Part shown: positions 1 through 12,487 of the stretch, piece by piece
How positions within the stretch are numbered: the stretch's first letter is position 1
How the letters are laid out: the number at the start of each line of letters is the position of its first letter
Source of the DNA: Octopus sinensis
Taxonomy: Eukaryota
Length of the DNA: 64,000 nucleotides
Direction: 5' to 3'
Assembly: GCF_006345805.1 (NCBI RefSeq)
Contig: NC_043006.1
Location: forward strand, 30,008,001 to 30,072,000
Made by a program: the position numbers and the translations under genes
The notes under the pieces: model-generated
What the model saw: the letters and a program-made list of their open reading frames with translations, nothing else
Databases searched by the model: none
What the model was told of the DNA's origin: nothing

Positions 1-115
1 TAAGTACCAGACACTTAAAAATAAGTAGTGGGGTCGATACATTTGACTAGAAATTCTTCAAAGCAGTGCCACAGTCTAATGACTGAAACAAGTAAAGCTA
101 AAAGTTAAAAGATAA
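1..115 (+). mobile_element. 3' part of tRNA-derived SINE family A
   Basis: ggggtcgat...tttgacta...cacagtctaatgactgaaacaagtaaa tail shared with the copies at 8381, 22096 and 48790. Confidence 0.75.
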
Positions 116-1039
116 TAGCCTGTGAAAAAAAAGGCTCTGCGGACAAAATTGTGAATATCATGTTTGCACCAAATATTTGAGGTCACTTGTTCACTAACAT
201 TGTCATTCTTTGACAGAATTCTGTTTGTTATGTTGTTACTTTTACGTCCAAACATAATAATTTGGGTTCCATTCTTAGGCAGTGAGTTGGTGTTTGGGAC
301 TCAGTGAAATATTCTTGTTACATATGAATAATACAACTTCTATTATACGTTTTATATGTTTTTATATTATTCAAGGCTATCAAGCATCAAGTGGCAGAAA
401 ATCCACTAATCAATCAATTAATTAAAAAGCAAATGAAATTAATCGCATATAGCAATTTGTGCAGAGAAGAGGCTGAGAAAACTGAAAACCTCTAGAAACT
501 TTGCGAAGTCAAGAAAACTGATAACGTTTCATTGTCATAATTTTATATACGTGTTGGTTGAGCTAAAGTAGAAATGGTTTCAATACACTCTTATTTTGTG
601 ACATCAAGACAAAGTGAATCAATCACGGTGATTTAGTTCTGAGAAAGTCTAGTTGGCGAGCAATGTACAAATCTGAAGACTAGGATACTAATCACTCTTA
701 AGAAACTAATTGAGTCTTATTCTCGGTTCTTCGGAAATTTGTAGATGGGTGTAAAATGTTTTTTAAAAACATTAGTTATTTAAGAAAATAAGGGAAACCA
801 ACTATATTTTATTTAGAGAAATCCATATAACGAAAGGGGGCTATGTTAATAGATACATAAATTATCAAAGAAGATAAATACTATAATTTCTGTTTTGATT
901 AATGAATTAATTATCGAGGTAAAATAATGGAGTCAAGAAATGACTGCTTTCCACTGCCACCTGGTGCCCAGTAGAAGAATTACTGGTTTATAAGAGAGTG
1001 GATCCAAGGGAGATAATCTTCTAAACTCTAGCGACAACA

Positions 1040-1185
1040 GACAAATTGAAGTCGTGAGCAGACGTAAATCTGTTGTCTCTCTCATCGTTTGGTATTTATT
1101 TATAACAAGGCTTCTTCACTCACTTTTTTACATACTAAGGCGGCGGCGATTAACTAATCAAATTTTTTTTCTTTTCCCGACAAAG
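1040..1185 (+). other. ACLY: Probable non-coding first exon (5' UTR) of ACLY; start approximate
   Basis: Strong donor CAAAG|GTAAGG at 1185/1186 in unique CpG-retaining sequence. The first coding exon has an acceptor only 11 nt before its ATG, so an upstream UTR exon is required. Confidence 0.5.
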
Positions 1186-3067
1186 GTAAGGAAATTTTAT
1201 GCCATAACGTCTGCTTCCTTTAACAATATGTATTGTTGATGTATTTGCATTTTCCTTTCTTTACAAAATCAAAAGCATAATCACCCTTTCACTTCTTCTA
1301 TTCACATTGTCTCTTGTTTTACTTATTTTATTTAGATTTTTTTAATATTGTTGGTTTTCTTCACTAAAATAAAAATTAACAAAAAAGACATAACAAAATG
1401 ATAAATTAATATCCACCAAAGTATATTTAATTGCTGTGTGTGTATATTATATATATATAAACACACGCTCTATTCCTTTTCTGGCGTAAATTATATTTTT
1501 TAAACATTAAACATAATTTCGAATTAACTTTAAAAAAAAGGACAAGATTTATTTTCTATTGGTTTGTCAGAGACGTCTGACAACATTAACATTAGATATT
1601 TTATTATTAAATATATTTATTATATAGATATTATTATTATTATTGTGTGTAACCTGCGGCGTGGAGTTGCCGGCAAAATAAGTTTGCACCGTAGTTTCAA
1701 TTCTCATTTGAAAGTAAATTCACTTCGCTTTTTTCTTACCAGTAATAAACACCAACTCCACACAAACTCTTTCTCTTCTTTTTGATCCTGAAAAGAAATA
1801 AAATTATTATTATTATATCAAACACTGTAGAGGAGACGATGCAATCGTGTTTAATGAGATGGTTTCCATTCCCATGTTTATTAATACAATCTTATCGCCG
1901 ATTGTTTAATTTTCCTCTCTAAAACATTCTCCAGTCTTGTACCTCTTAATGCCACAAACACCATTATTATTTATTATTTTGGGCTGTATATTTAAATGTA
2001 GACCGTTGCTGGCTTGAGTATAATCACGGTACCTATTCATTACCAACTACTTGTGATTCTGATATTTTTTTTATCGAATTCCATTATATATAGATAAGAA
2101 AAACAAATAAATTAAACAGCGGCAGCAAAATAATGCAGTTCTTTGGAAGACATCTCATTGGTGTTTTATTGGTTTGCTTCGAATAAAATGACCAGTAACA
2201 GGGTGACTAGAGAAATGCTGTATTTTCTATGAAAAATAATCCAAGTGGGCGGTAGAGATTATCATAAAAGTAAGCAATTGACGAATTCAGCACTGCAATG
2301 CGGTTTCGATTCTTGATTAAATCTTCTTCAGCACCTTCCCCAATAATGTAAGGGCTTTTGTGTATAAAGTTAACCTAGTCTACAAATCAGTTCCTCTTTC
2401 AAGTTGGTACCGTTTACATCGCTTTATGACATTAATGCTCTTAGGAAAGCCATAAACACCACAACTTCTTTTTCGAAATCCTTTGATTCTTGAACAGAGA
2501 TGTTTTTTTTTTCTTTCTCTTTTTGGTCAAATATCCAGCGATATTGATGAATAAAATATAAAATAGTGTTCTATATAGGTATAACGGATGGATTGATAAA
2601 TGGTAAGTTAAATATATTGAAATATTCGAGCTCTAGAGGTTGATAATTAGCGAACTTGTAGAATTAACACTGGACCGTAATACTATCTTATTTTATGTTA
2701 TATACTTACACAAAATTGTTTTAATAACAATAGAAAAGGAAATCCATCGGCTTCTTTCCCAACTAACGTTTCATTTTCGGTATCACATTCGTCGTACTCT
2801 TCTTAAGAGATGATCTAACACACCCACACACTTCTACGTGTATTCCTGTATTATATATCTGTATACAATATTACAAATACTATCGCGCTAATGTATACTG
2901 AAATGTGCATAGAATTAAGAGAATTCTATGAACATCGATATGTATTCGCAGATAGTGAAACCCGCCGAGAAGAGAGGTAGACAATCCCTGGTTACGCAGT
3001 CATTCAAAGGAATTTACAGATATAATTGTGCACTAATATGTACTTACACACAGATAAACATGCATGC

Positions 3068-3124
<57 letters not shown>
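3068..3124. repeat. (AT)n microsatellite (others at ~12400, 27040, 35200, 37325, 37855, 37960)
   Basis: Direct inspection. Confidence 0.95.
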
Positions 3125-3128
<4 letters not shown>

Positions 3129-4454
3129 CATACAACTACTGGCCTTCTCACATTCTACTCTTGTGACAGAGATCCTTCAATATATTAAGTACACAATGAT
3201 AGTACTAACATTCAAACAAGAAGAGGCATTCTGACGCAAGTGTGCATCCCGCGAGTTTGTTTCCTTATAACTTCCAGAAAAATGTATATTTTTAATGAAA
3301 TTTTCAACAATACGATTATATCGGAATTTTATATGAAAAGAAAAACAAAACTGTTGGCCTCGCACACATACGTACTAGCATATATTATTGCATATATCCA
3401 CAGCATGAAACTTGAAATTTCGGAAAAAAATTTAATGTGTCCGTATGTATATGTGCATGCTCATCATTTTTCTTTTCACACCAAATTTCGATATACTTTG
3501 AAAGGTATTTGTAGAAAATTTCATAAAAAAATACCAATTTTTCTGAAAGTTATGAGGAAACAAAGCTGATTCGTGCGAATTTTCAGAAACTCCTTTCTCC
3601 ATCCCACGGAAAATTTTTTCGCAACAAATTCCGATATAATCGGAAACTACACCATCTGAAGTGTATTTGTTGAAAATTGCTTTTAGAAATATACATTTTT
3701 CTGAAAGTTGGGAGGAAACAAAGTCGGTGGTGGGGTCACAGTTATGTATGTGTGCCAAAGAAGAAATTACTGAAATATATTTTAAAGAGACGCAATTTAA
3801 AAATCCTATTCACGACTGTTTTTTCATTCTCCTTTCGGCCTCTTTACTAAATTCTTTTATTAGATTCAAATAAAGACTTTGATTTTACAAATGATCACAC
3901 ATGAAAAGACGATGAATAACTAAATCATCGAAAGTTTACACCTGCCTAAGCATCATGTTTATCTCAGAGAAATTATTAGCTAAGCTTGAGCTACTTTCAA
4001 TTTCCCCTCACCTGTTTTCAGGTGATAGTGCGTCATACACGGTATAAACTGTGACAGTGTGTTACGCTCTGGAGAAGTTCGCTCAGTCTGAGAAACAGGC
4101 ATATCAATGTTGATATTTGACTGCGGAGAAATAACTACAAAATCATCCCCAAATTACATTTCTTCCATCTTAAGGAAGAATACTAAGTCTGAAAATAAAA
4201 AAATAAAATGGTGAGATGGTCATTGTGAGAAGACAAGGCCTGCTTGATTGTGGATGACTCTTGGAATTAAACAAAGCTGATTTCTATGACAGTGAGTTGT
4301 TCTTCAGCTCCAGGTCAGCTTTGACTATAATCAGAGGTTTAAGAATTTTTAAAAAAATCTTGCTGTATAACGCAAATCGGATATGTATATATAATGCTTT
4401 TACAAGAGTGATGACAGTGGTTTCAAAGTTTTCACCTGCTAGCCTTCATCGTAC

Positions 4455-4830
4455 GATCATCATCCTATGTCTGTTTTCCATACTGGTATTGGTTAGATGG
4501 TTTGACTGGATCTGATGAGCCCAGGGCTGCATTGTGCTTCATTTCTGCGATGACCTGGGTTCTATGGCTGGATGCCGTTCCTAATGCCAGCCACTTTACA
4601 GTGTGTATTGGGTGCTTTTTTGTGGCACCAACACTAGTGGGGTTGCCAAGTAACTTGCAAGATAGGAAAGGACAAAAGAGGGGGGGGATGGAGAAAAAAG
4701 GAAGAAAGGGAAAAAGCTCTCTTCACTAAGTGGTGTTGGTGATGGTGAGGTATTTGAGAGGAGATTCTTATGCCAGGAGCCTTGCTGTGGAGAAGAAACA
4801 TAGCTATCCCACATTTATATGAGAGTGGTT
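4455..4830 (-). mobile_element. RTE-type LINE 3' UTR fragment (long-UTR subfamily, also at 9868, 11692, 47666)
   Basis: ttttccatactgg...ggctggatgccgttcctaatgccagccact motif shared by >20 copies in the window. Confidence 0.7.
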
Positions 4831-5029
4831 AGGAGTATCTGGGTAAGATGGTAGTGATGGAGTGCCAGAGCAAGAAATCACATGGGCAGTAAATCAGGAG
4901 GGAAACAGTTTATAAAAGTATCAGAGGAAGTGTGGAGTACTAGATGGTTAGAGGAGAGTGAAGAACAGGAGTGGAGGTGCTACTTGAAGGGAAATATAAG
5001 TATATGGGGTAAGATGTAGGGCCAGCATG

Positions 5030-6030
5030 AGGTAGTCCTTTATGTCATATATTCTCCACTTCTCAGTAGCCTTTCATTTAATTTCTGTGCATTTTTTTTT
5101 GTACTCCATATTGAGGACAAGTTTGCCTTCATTCTTCCAAATACATTTCTCACCAACATTTTGGTTGTCTCTCATATATTGTCTCTCAGTCCTTAATACT
5201 TTATGCCTCTGATCTTCACATTGTGGGACATATGTAAAAAATATTTTCCTTTCTGCCCCACCCTTAGTTAAATGTACCTATTGCCTAGATATCCTAGCTA
5301 TTAGGTAATGACCTCTATTAACTTCCAGACTTTCTAAGCCTGCCTCTTAGCATTTACTGTCCTATCAGTTTTATCCTTCCAACACCATGTTACTTTTGGC
5401 TGGACTGACCTGTTGCCCTAGGCAGGTTATTTCATAGAAAATCCTAGTTATCATCTTTGCTACAGAAATGTAAAGTCGTCTTCCTACAGACATATGCGTG
5501 AATTAGAATTTCTCTGAATCTATTCCCAGTTATAGGATTTTTTAGTTTCCATGTTTTCCTTCACATTCTGTTTCTGTGTAGCTCTGACTCTGAAGCCACC
5601 ATCTTACTAACCTATGTTGCATCATGCATTCTTTACCAGGAAAAGTTCCTGTTTTCACAACAGCCTCTCTATCCTGTTTCCTTCTGAGAATGTAATCTGT
5701 CTGACTTTGGCTTATGTATTTCCCAGATTGGTAGGTGATGTGGTAGTTGGTGCCTTTCTTGAAGTCTGTGTTGCAAATTGTTAGATCTCATATATCACAG
5801 AACTCTAAGAGTCCTTCATCCTCTTCATTTCTGAATCATACCCATAGTCTCTATATATCATGTAAGTTGCCATTGTGTTGGCCAACATGTCAGTTGGAAT
5901 CACCAGTCATGATAATGAAGTTGCTATCAGTCATTATTGAGTTTGTCTGCAGAAGAGTCTCATAGAAATGGTTCTTCTGTCAATCCTGCTTGTGGGCATG
6001 CCAAAATGTCGTCTCAGTTACTTTTCTATC
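5030..6030 (-). mobile_element. Degraded RTE LINE, apurinic endonuclease region
   Basis: Minus-strand translation gives IIMTGDSN*HVGQ, RNEEDEGLLEFCD..DLTICNTDFKK, HITYQSG, DYIL and QHRLV, which are RTE APE motifs broken by stops and frameshifts. Confidence 0.75.
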
Positions 6031-6725
6031 CATTTCTTAGCTAACAGTATGCCTACCCCACTCCTCTTGTCACTATTTCCCAGAATTTGTACTGCTGTCT
6101 CTTGCTTGAGATTAGTTTGGTTGAGGTTCCTTTCCATATGTTACTGGCAGGGACTTGATGTAGGGGTAGTTGTATCCAGTCTATGGGATGAATGAGCTGC
6201 AAGGGATACAGAACACAGTCACAGAGTGTGGGTGATAGGCTTGTTACTGATAAGAAAAACCTTTAGTACACATGGTGATGGTGGGTAAGGGCAGCCACAG
6301 TGAGAATCTTCAAGCCCGAAGGGGATGACAGAGGTATTGGCTTAACATAATATTATGAGAAAAGAAATTATATTAAGTATAATGTAGAAGAGAAAGATAT
6401 GTATCTGAAAATTTCATTAAAAAATATGCATTTTTAGGAAAGTTATGACAACAAATTCGGTGGAGCACCAAACTGTAGATATTCTACAATATATATATGT
6501 ATATATATCTGTCAGTAATGTGCAAAAATAAACTTGGCAATTCCACATCTGTTGTGTAAATAATACCTGTGATTGCTAAGATTAATTAAACTGATTATAT
6601 TAGCATTTTGTTGACTGTTTTACAAACAATATTAAACACCATATTTTAGAATTTTTGTAAGCATTTTGTGATTCCAGAGTATTTCTGTGTGGTCTTTTTA
6701 TAACAGACAATAACCGGAGTGGGAG

Positions 6726-7105
6726 TCATCATCATTTAACTTCTGCTTTCTATGCTGGCATTGGTTGGACGGTTTGACTGAGGACTGGCAAGCCAGGTGG
6801 CTGCACCAGGCTCTAATCTGATCTGGCAAGGTTTCTACAGCTTGATGCCCTTCCTAACGCCAACCACTGAGAGTGTAATGGGTGCTTACACAAGAGCCAG
6901 TCAGGTGGCACTGGCATTAACCATGCTTGAATGATACTCTTTATGTGCTACCAGCATCAACCATGCTCGAATGGTACTTTTTATGTGCCACTGGCATGGA
7001 AACCAGTCAGGTGGTACTGGCAACGACCACGCTCAAATGGTGCTTTTTTATATGTCACTGGCACGGGATCAGTCAGGCAGCACTGGCATTGACCACGCTG
7101 TCACC
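6726..7105 (-). mobile_element. RTE LINE 3' end with internal tandem units
   Basis: (CAT)n tail, gatgcccttcctaacgccaaccact motif, repeated gtgcca(c/t)tggca units. Confidence 0.8.
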
Positions 7106-8004
7106 AGATTTAAGAACAACCAATATATTGTTACAGCATGTAAAATTTATCAATTGTTGAATCCTGAACAAAAAAACAAGCAAGAAATAACACCAGTAAA
7201 CATTTTATTCTTTTTCAAAATTTACCTTTACTTTTCAATTAGAAGGAATTACTGTTTTAACAATTAAAAAATCTAAACAGTTCATGTACTACCTGTAAAG
7301 AAACATATATTTGCAATGCTTGGATCATGTTATTGAATGCAATAAACAGCACTCAAGTTCATGTTTAAAGTCTGTTTTCAATTATTTCATGAAACTACAA
7401 AATGGTAGAAACTAAGCAAGAAAAATCAATAAAGATTGCATGTGACTTGCATTTTATTTAGTTAATCAGTTGATTTTGACTAGCTGAAGTAACAAGTTGC
7501 ATGTTAGTGGCAAATGTTTTACTCCAATAAACACTTTGTTGTGAATTACATTAATGAACTTAAACAAGGCACTTGGTCCAGGATAATGAAAGCATTCTTT
7601 GGTCATAATTGTTGCCTATAATTGGCAACATATCAATGGCAGTGCCAACAAGATTTGGAGAATTAATACTGCCTGATCAATTTGATTGAATCCTAGTTAA
7701 GATATCTTTCAGTTAGTGCCAGAACACAAAGCATTTTTTAAAAACTCAACAATTCCATTGATAATAGAGAAATAACTGGTTTGTCCATCTCTAAATCAGA
7801 GGTTAAGAATATTAAGTCTCTGTGATGGTCTACCCTAAAGTGTTGGAGAAAATGAACTCTGTAGAAATAATAGAAACCACAATGTCCTCAATAAGATTGA
7901 AGAAGAAACAGTTATTGCCAAAAGGACATGCTTTCTGACTCTGAAGCAAATGTTATCAAGAACCAAAACATCAATATTATGCAAGTTTGAAAGATGGTCA
8001 GCTG

Positions 8005-8205
8005 GCATCAGCTTGCTAGGCAGACTGCTTGGCAGCATATTGTCTATCTTTACTTTCTGAGTTCAAATGCCAGTGAGGTTGACTTTGCCTTTCGTCCTTT
8101 CAGGATAGATAAAATAAAGAACCAGTCAAGCACTGGGGTTGATGTAGTCAACTTACCCGCTTCCTGAGAATTGCTGGCCTTGTGACAAAATTTGAAACCA
8201 ATATT
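8005..8205 (+). mobile_element. tRNA-derived SINE family B (Nin/Deu-like central domain)
   Basis: ttctgagttcaaat B-box followed by gttgactttgcctttc.tcctttc..g.t.gataaaataa..accag, same as the copy at 63738. Confidence 0.7.
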
Positions 8206-8380
8206 ATGATTTTGAGAGAAATTGCATTTCTCTGTGAATTTGTCAAGTTGGGATCAGAAAGACAATTTGTTGAAGATATCCATATTGAAATACTACTGAC
8301 CGATGGCCTATCAAACTCTGTACATTGCTTTGAAATATTTGAATGCATTTGTAGTTTCAAGAAATGCTTTTGCCATATTA

Positions 8381-8742
8381 AATAAGAAGCTTGCTTCCCA
8401 ACCATGTGGTTCCAGGTTCAGTCCCACTACATGGCACCATGGGTAGGTGTCTTCTATAACCTTGAACCGACCAAAGCCTTGCGAGTGAATTCTGTTGACA
8501 GACGAAAACTGAAAGAAGCCTGTCATGTATACATGTATATATTTGTGTGTCTCTGTTTGTCCCTCCACCATCGCTTGACAACTGATGTTGGTGTGCTCAC
8601 GTCCCCTTAACTTAGCAGTTTGGCAATGGAGACTATAGAATGAGTACTAGGCTTACCAAGAATGTCCTGGGGTTGATTTGTTTAGCTAAAGGTGGTGCCT
8701 CAGCATGACCGTACTCAAATGACTGAAACAAGTCAAAGAATA
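8381..8742 (+). mobile_element. Near full-length tRNA-derived SINE family A
   Basis: aagaagcttgcttcccaacca...ggttcagtcccact head, internal microsatellite, cagcatgacc...gactgaaacaag tail. Confidence 0.8.
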
Positions 8743-9214
8743 TTTAGCAGTTTGAAACTATTAATGATTTTGCTATGGTTCCTCCTCCTCCTCCTATAAA
8801 TAATATACTAAAAGAATTGTCAGTGTTCTATGTAGGCAAGAGTTATCAGAAAATGGTCAAGTTGTGTGGCTATAACTGTAATGTGGAGAAGTATCTTACT
8901 CTTGGGAAGATACACAATAACTGTCAAAAGAACCATTTTCAGTCTGTCTTTCAGCTGTCTGGGAAGACGTCAAAGTGCACACAATTGAGGTGGTTTTGTC
9001 CATCACTCTGTTTCTTTTTCTCCATGAACTTTACAACATCCATGCTGAGGGAAAACGTTCCCAGTTTCAATAAAACTTGAATCTTATTATTTACAGATAT
9101 GTAAATGATGTTGCAGACTTCATGTCTGCTGTTGGTAAGGCAAGATTATGTGCGTGTTTTCTGTGTGTTTGCACATTTCAGTAGTTATGTGTGTGTTTTC
9201 ACATGATTGTTATC

Positions 9215-9400
9215 ATTTAATCCCAGGTCAGCCTTGATTGAAGTATGCTCAAAGGAATTCCAACCATGGCCACCCACCCTGCATTTGTAGTACAACATTA
9301 TTCAATGTGCTGCCTTTTAAATTAAGGTTGGGTCTAATTTAAAGGAGAGTTGGCTCTTACTTCTAGCAGGTTGAGAGACCGAGTAGAAATATCCTTGACT
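9215..9400. repeat. Dispersed repeat family D (also ~4130-4340, 17720-18070, 18520-18710, 55230-55420)
   Basis: Shared motifs ccaggtcagccttgat, tcaaagg(c/a)attccaaccatg and ggagatttggct.ctatttctagcagg. Confidence 0.65.
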
Positions 9401-10334
9401 TGTGTTCAAGTATTTTTTTGTGTGTGTGTCAATGTATAGGGTAACCTTTTTGTGACTGTGTATGTAGGGGTGCATGTGTTTCAAAAGAAAAGAAAAAAAT
9501 TGGAATCTGGCTTTTTTTCTTTTTTAGTACAACATATTTCATTTCTCAAAACTTTGCTGGTGACCAGTTTAGTGGCCATGGAAAATTGTTTTGTTATTGA
9601 TACTGTGCTATGGCCAGTCTTTTTTAGGGTTTGTTGTTTAAAACAGGAGGGTGCGACTGCAGCATCGTTTATATTTTTGCTGCTGTTTATGTAAATAAGA
9701 TGCCATTTCTATTTGCAAAAGTCATTTTCATGTATGGAGTTTACCAGTTTTTCTTCCAAATCATCAAAGACCACCAGTTCTTTGTTCCCCACCACCACTA
9801 GTTGTCATTGATGTATCTATTTACTACCTGCTGTAAAACTCCAACTATGGAATCTCCTTGAAAATTTATCATCGTTTAATGTCTATTTTCCATGCTGGAA
9901 TTGGTTGGTCTGTTTGACAAGAGCTGGCAAGGCCAGGGGCTGCACCAGGCTCCATTCTCTGTTCTGGCATAGTTTCTACAGCTGGATGCCCTTCCTAAAA
10001 CCAGTCACTTTATAGAGTGTACTTGGTGCTTTTTTACATGGTACCAACGCTGACAGTCACCAAGTACCTTGCATGACAAAATCCTCTCAACAGGGAAGGG
10101 GAGTAATTATCATTTTGATAAAATTGTAAATTATGATCCAACCTAGCAATAGGACAGTTGTTTGTAAGTATCAAACCTTTTATATGAGGAGATGTCTAGA
10201 AAGGTTTCCTTGAACAAGTACCAGAGAGAAAAGCAGACCCATGATTCAATGTTACATAAAATAAAATTGGTCATGGATCAATAATTTGTTCTGACAATTG
10301 GTGCTGTATGATGGAGTAGAATTACTACTATAAG

Positions 10335-10652
10335 GTAGTGCTGGTGGCATGTAAAAGGCACCATCCAAATGTAGCCAATGACAGTGCCCCCTGACTGGCT
10401 CCTGTGCCGGTGGAATGTTAAAAGCATCAGCTGAACATGGACAATGCCAGTAACCCCTGACTGGCTCCTGTGCTGGTGGCACATAAAAGCATCCACTACA
10501 CTCTCGGAGTGGTTGGTATTAGGAAGGGCATCCAGCTGTAGAAACATTGCCAGATCAGATTGGAGCCTGGTGCAGCTGCTGGCTCTCCAAACCTCAGTCA
10601 AACTGTCTAACCCATGCCAGCATGGAAAATGGACGTTAAACGATGATGATGG
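10335..10652 (+). mobile_element. RTE LINE 3' end, plus orientation (others at 20180, 31300, 32365, 39265, 41090)
   Basis: ggttggtattaggaagggcatccagctgtagaaac...catgccagcatggaaaatggacgttaaacgatgatgat. Confidence 0.85.
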
Positions 10653-12397
10653 TGGTATTTGACCTGTATTTTGTTAACCATGGCAGGAATTTTCTTCAAT
10701 CCTACTGTCATACAGAGATATTGAGTCTTTTTGATCTTGTTCCAAGAAAAATTGAAACTAATGAATTATAAATTTAAAGAACTTTTCAATGATTACTTGA
10801 AAACCATTTGAATGGAGATGCTGCCCCATGTATATGCATGGTGGTGACTGAACATTTGAAAAGATCATGATTGCTCTTCATTAGCAATGATTATCTGAAA
10901 TTAATTTTGTGACTTTGCTGTTCTATAAAATTATTTTGATTTGTTGTCAGTTTGGTCAAGCATTGACCTACATTTTTTCACTTTGCTTAAAACTATTTCT
11001 ATAGCTGTATTGTTATTAGTTTAAAATTTTTTTTGCTGAATCATTATTATTTTGATCTGATTTATTTCTGAAAGGAAGGCTCAAATTTGTGTGAATGATT
11101 TATCTATGTCAATTCTAAAATTTGAGTAAAATTTGAAGCCATAAAAATTATTGATTGAATAATTTTTCTTTTTCTTACCTTATGATGGAGCCTCTATGCA
11201 GTGCCCATGTCTACAAATATTTATCTGTGTATATGTTGTGTTGTCCATCTGCCTATCTAGAATTTTCTTTCATATTTACATAGCTGCAAGCTGTCACATC
11301 CACCCATAAGCAAGCTTTTTCACCTTCTCTCTTCAACTTTCTCCCTCTCACATATCTCTGTCTCTGAACAACATGTTCACTTTTAAACTCATTCCTACAA
11401 TGTATATTTATCTAATCTCCACCCTCTCCATATCTTTTTAGTTTGTCCTCTGCCACCTCTCTGGGTTTCATTGCCTTTCTTACTGTATGTCTTACTTTTT
11501 GATTTCTCACTTTGAATTCTGGGACATGTTTTATTGATCTTGATTTAATTGAAATTTTAGAAATTACATATGTTACATATGGAAACGAATATGATATATT
11601 GTCAGTCAGTATATTGCTGCTACATTTTTGTTGCCTTGAAATTAAATAATGTTTCAACTCTTCTCTCTCTCTCTCTCTCCATACTCTTGATATTATCATC
11701 ATTTAATACCTATTTTCCATGCTGGCATGGGTTGGATGGTTTAACAAGAGCTGGCAAGCCAGAGGGCTGTGCCAAGCTCTATTGTCTGTTTTGGTGTGGT
11801 TTCTATTGCTGGATGCCCTTCCTAATACCAACCAATTTACAGAGTGTACTGGGTGCTTTTTCTTTTTTTTTCGTGGAACCAACATCAGTTGGATTACCAA
11901 GTAAACTGTAAGACAAGACAGTCCCCTTAATTGGAGGGAGTAGTATTGTGGAAGTGGAATTGTGCCAGTGATAAGAGGTTAAAAGAATAATGAAGAGGTA
12001 GAACTAGGTGCCTTGCTGTAGAAGAGACATAAGGATACTCTTATTGGAGAAGAGGGACAAAGTAAAACTTTGAAAAATGGAGAGTGAGAGAAATGGTGGT
12101 GGATATATGTCAGGACATACCATCAAGGTACACTGGGTGGGGTATAAGTGAAGTAATGCACAGGATTGGAGTAGGTGAGTGGGCAGTGGGGGACAGAAGG
12201 GAAATTTCCTAAAACTGTGAGAAGAGATGGTTTGATGGGATAGAGGTGACTGTAGTAATTGAAAACGAAAGCTATAGGATTGGCTCAGAGAGCAGGGTTA
12301 TAGGATACACACACATGCACACACACGTATATATGTGTGTGTGTATGGTGTCCTGTCCCCATATATGCATGTCTATATACATATGTAAGTATGTACA

Positions 12398-12442
<45 letters not shown>

Positions 12443-12487
12443 GTATTTGTATATTATTTATATTATATTATATATATGTATATTCAT

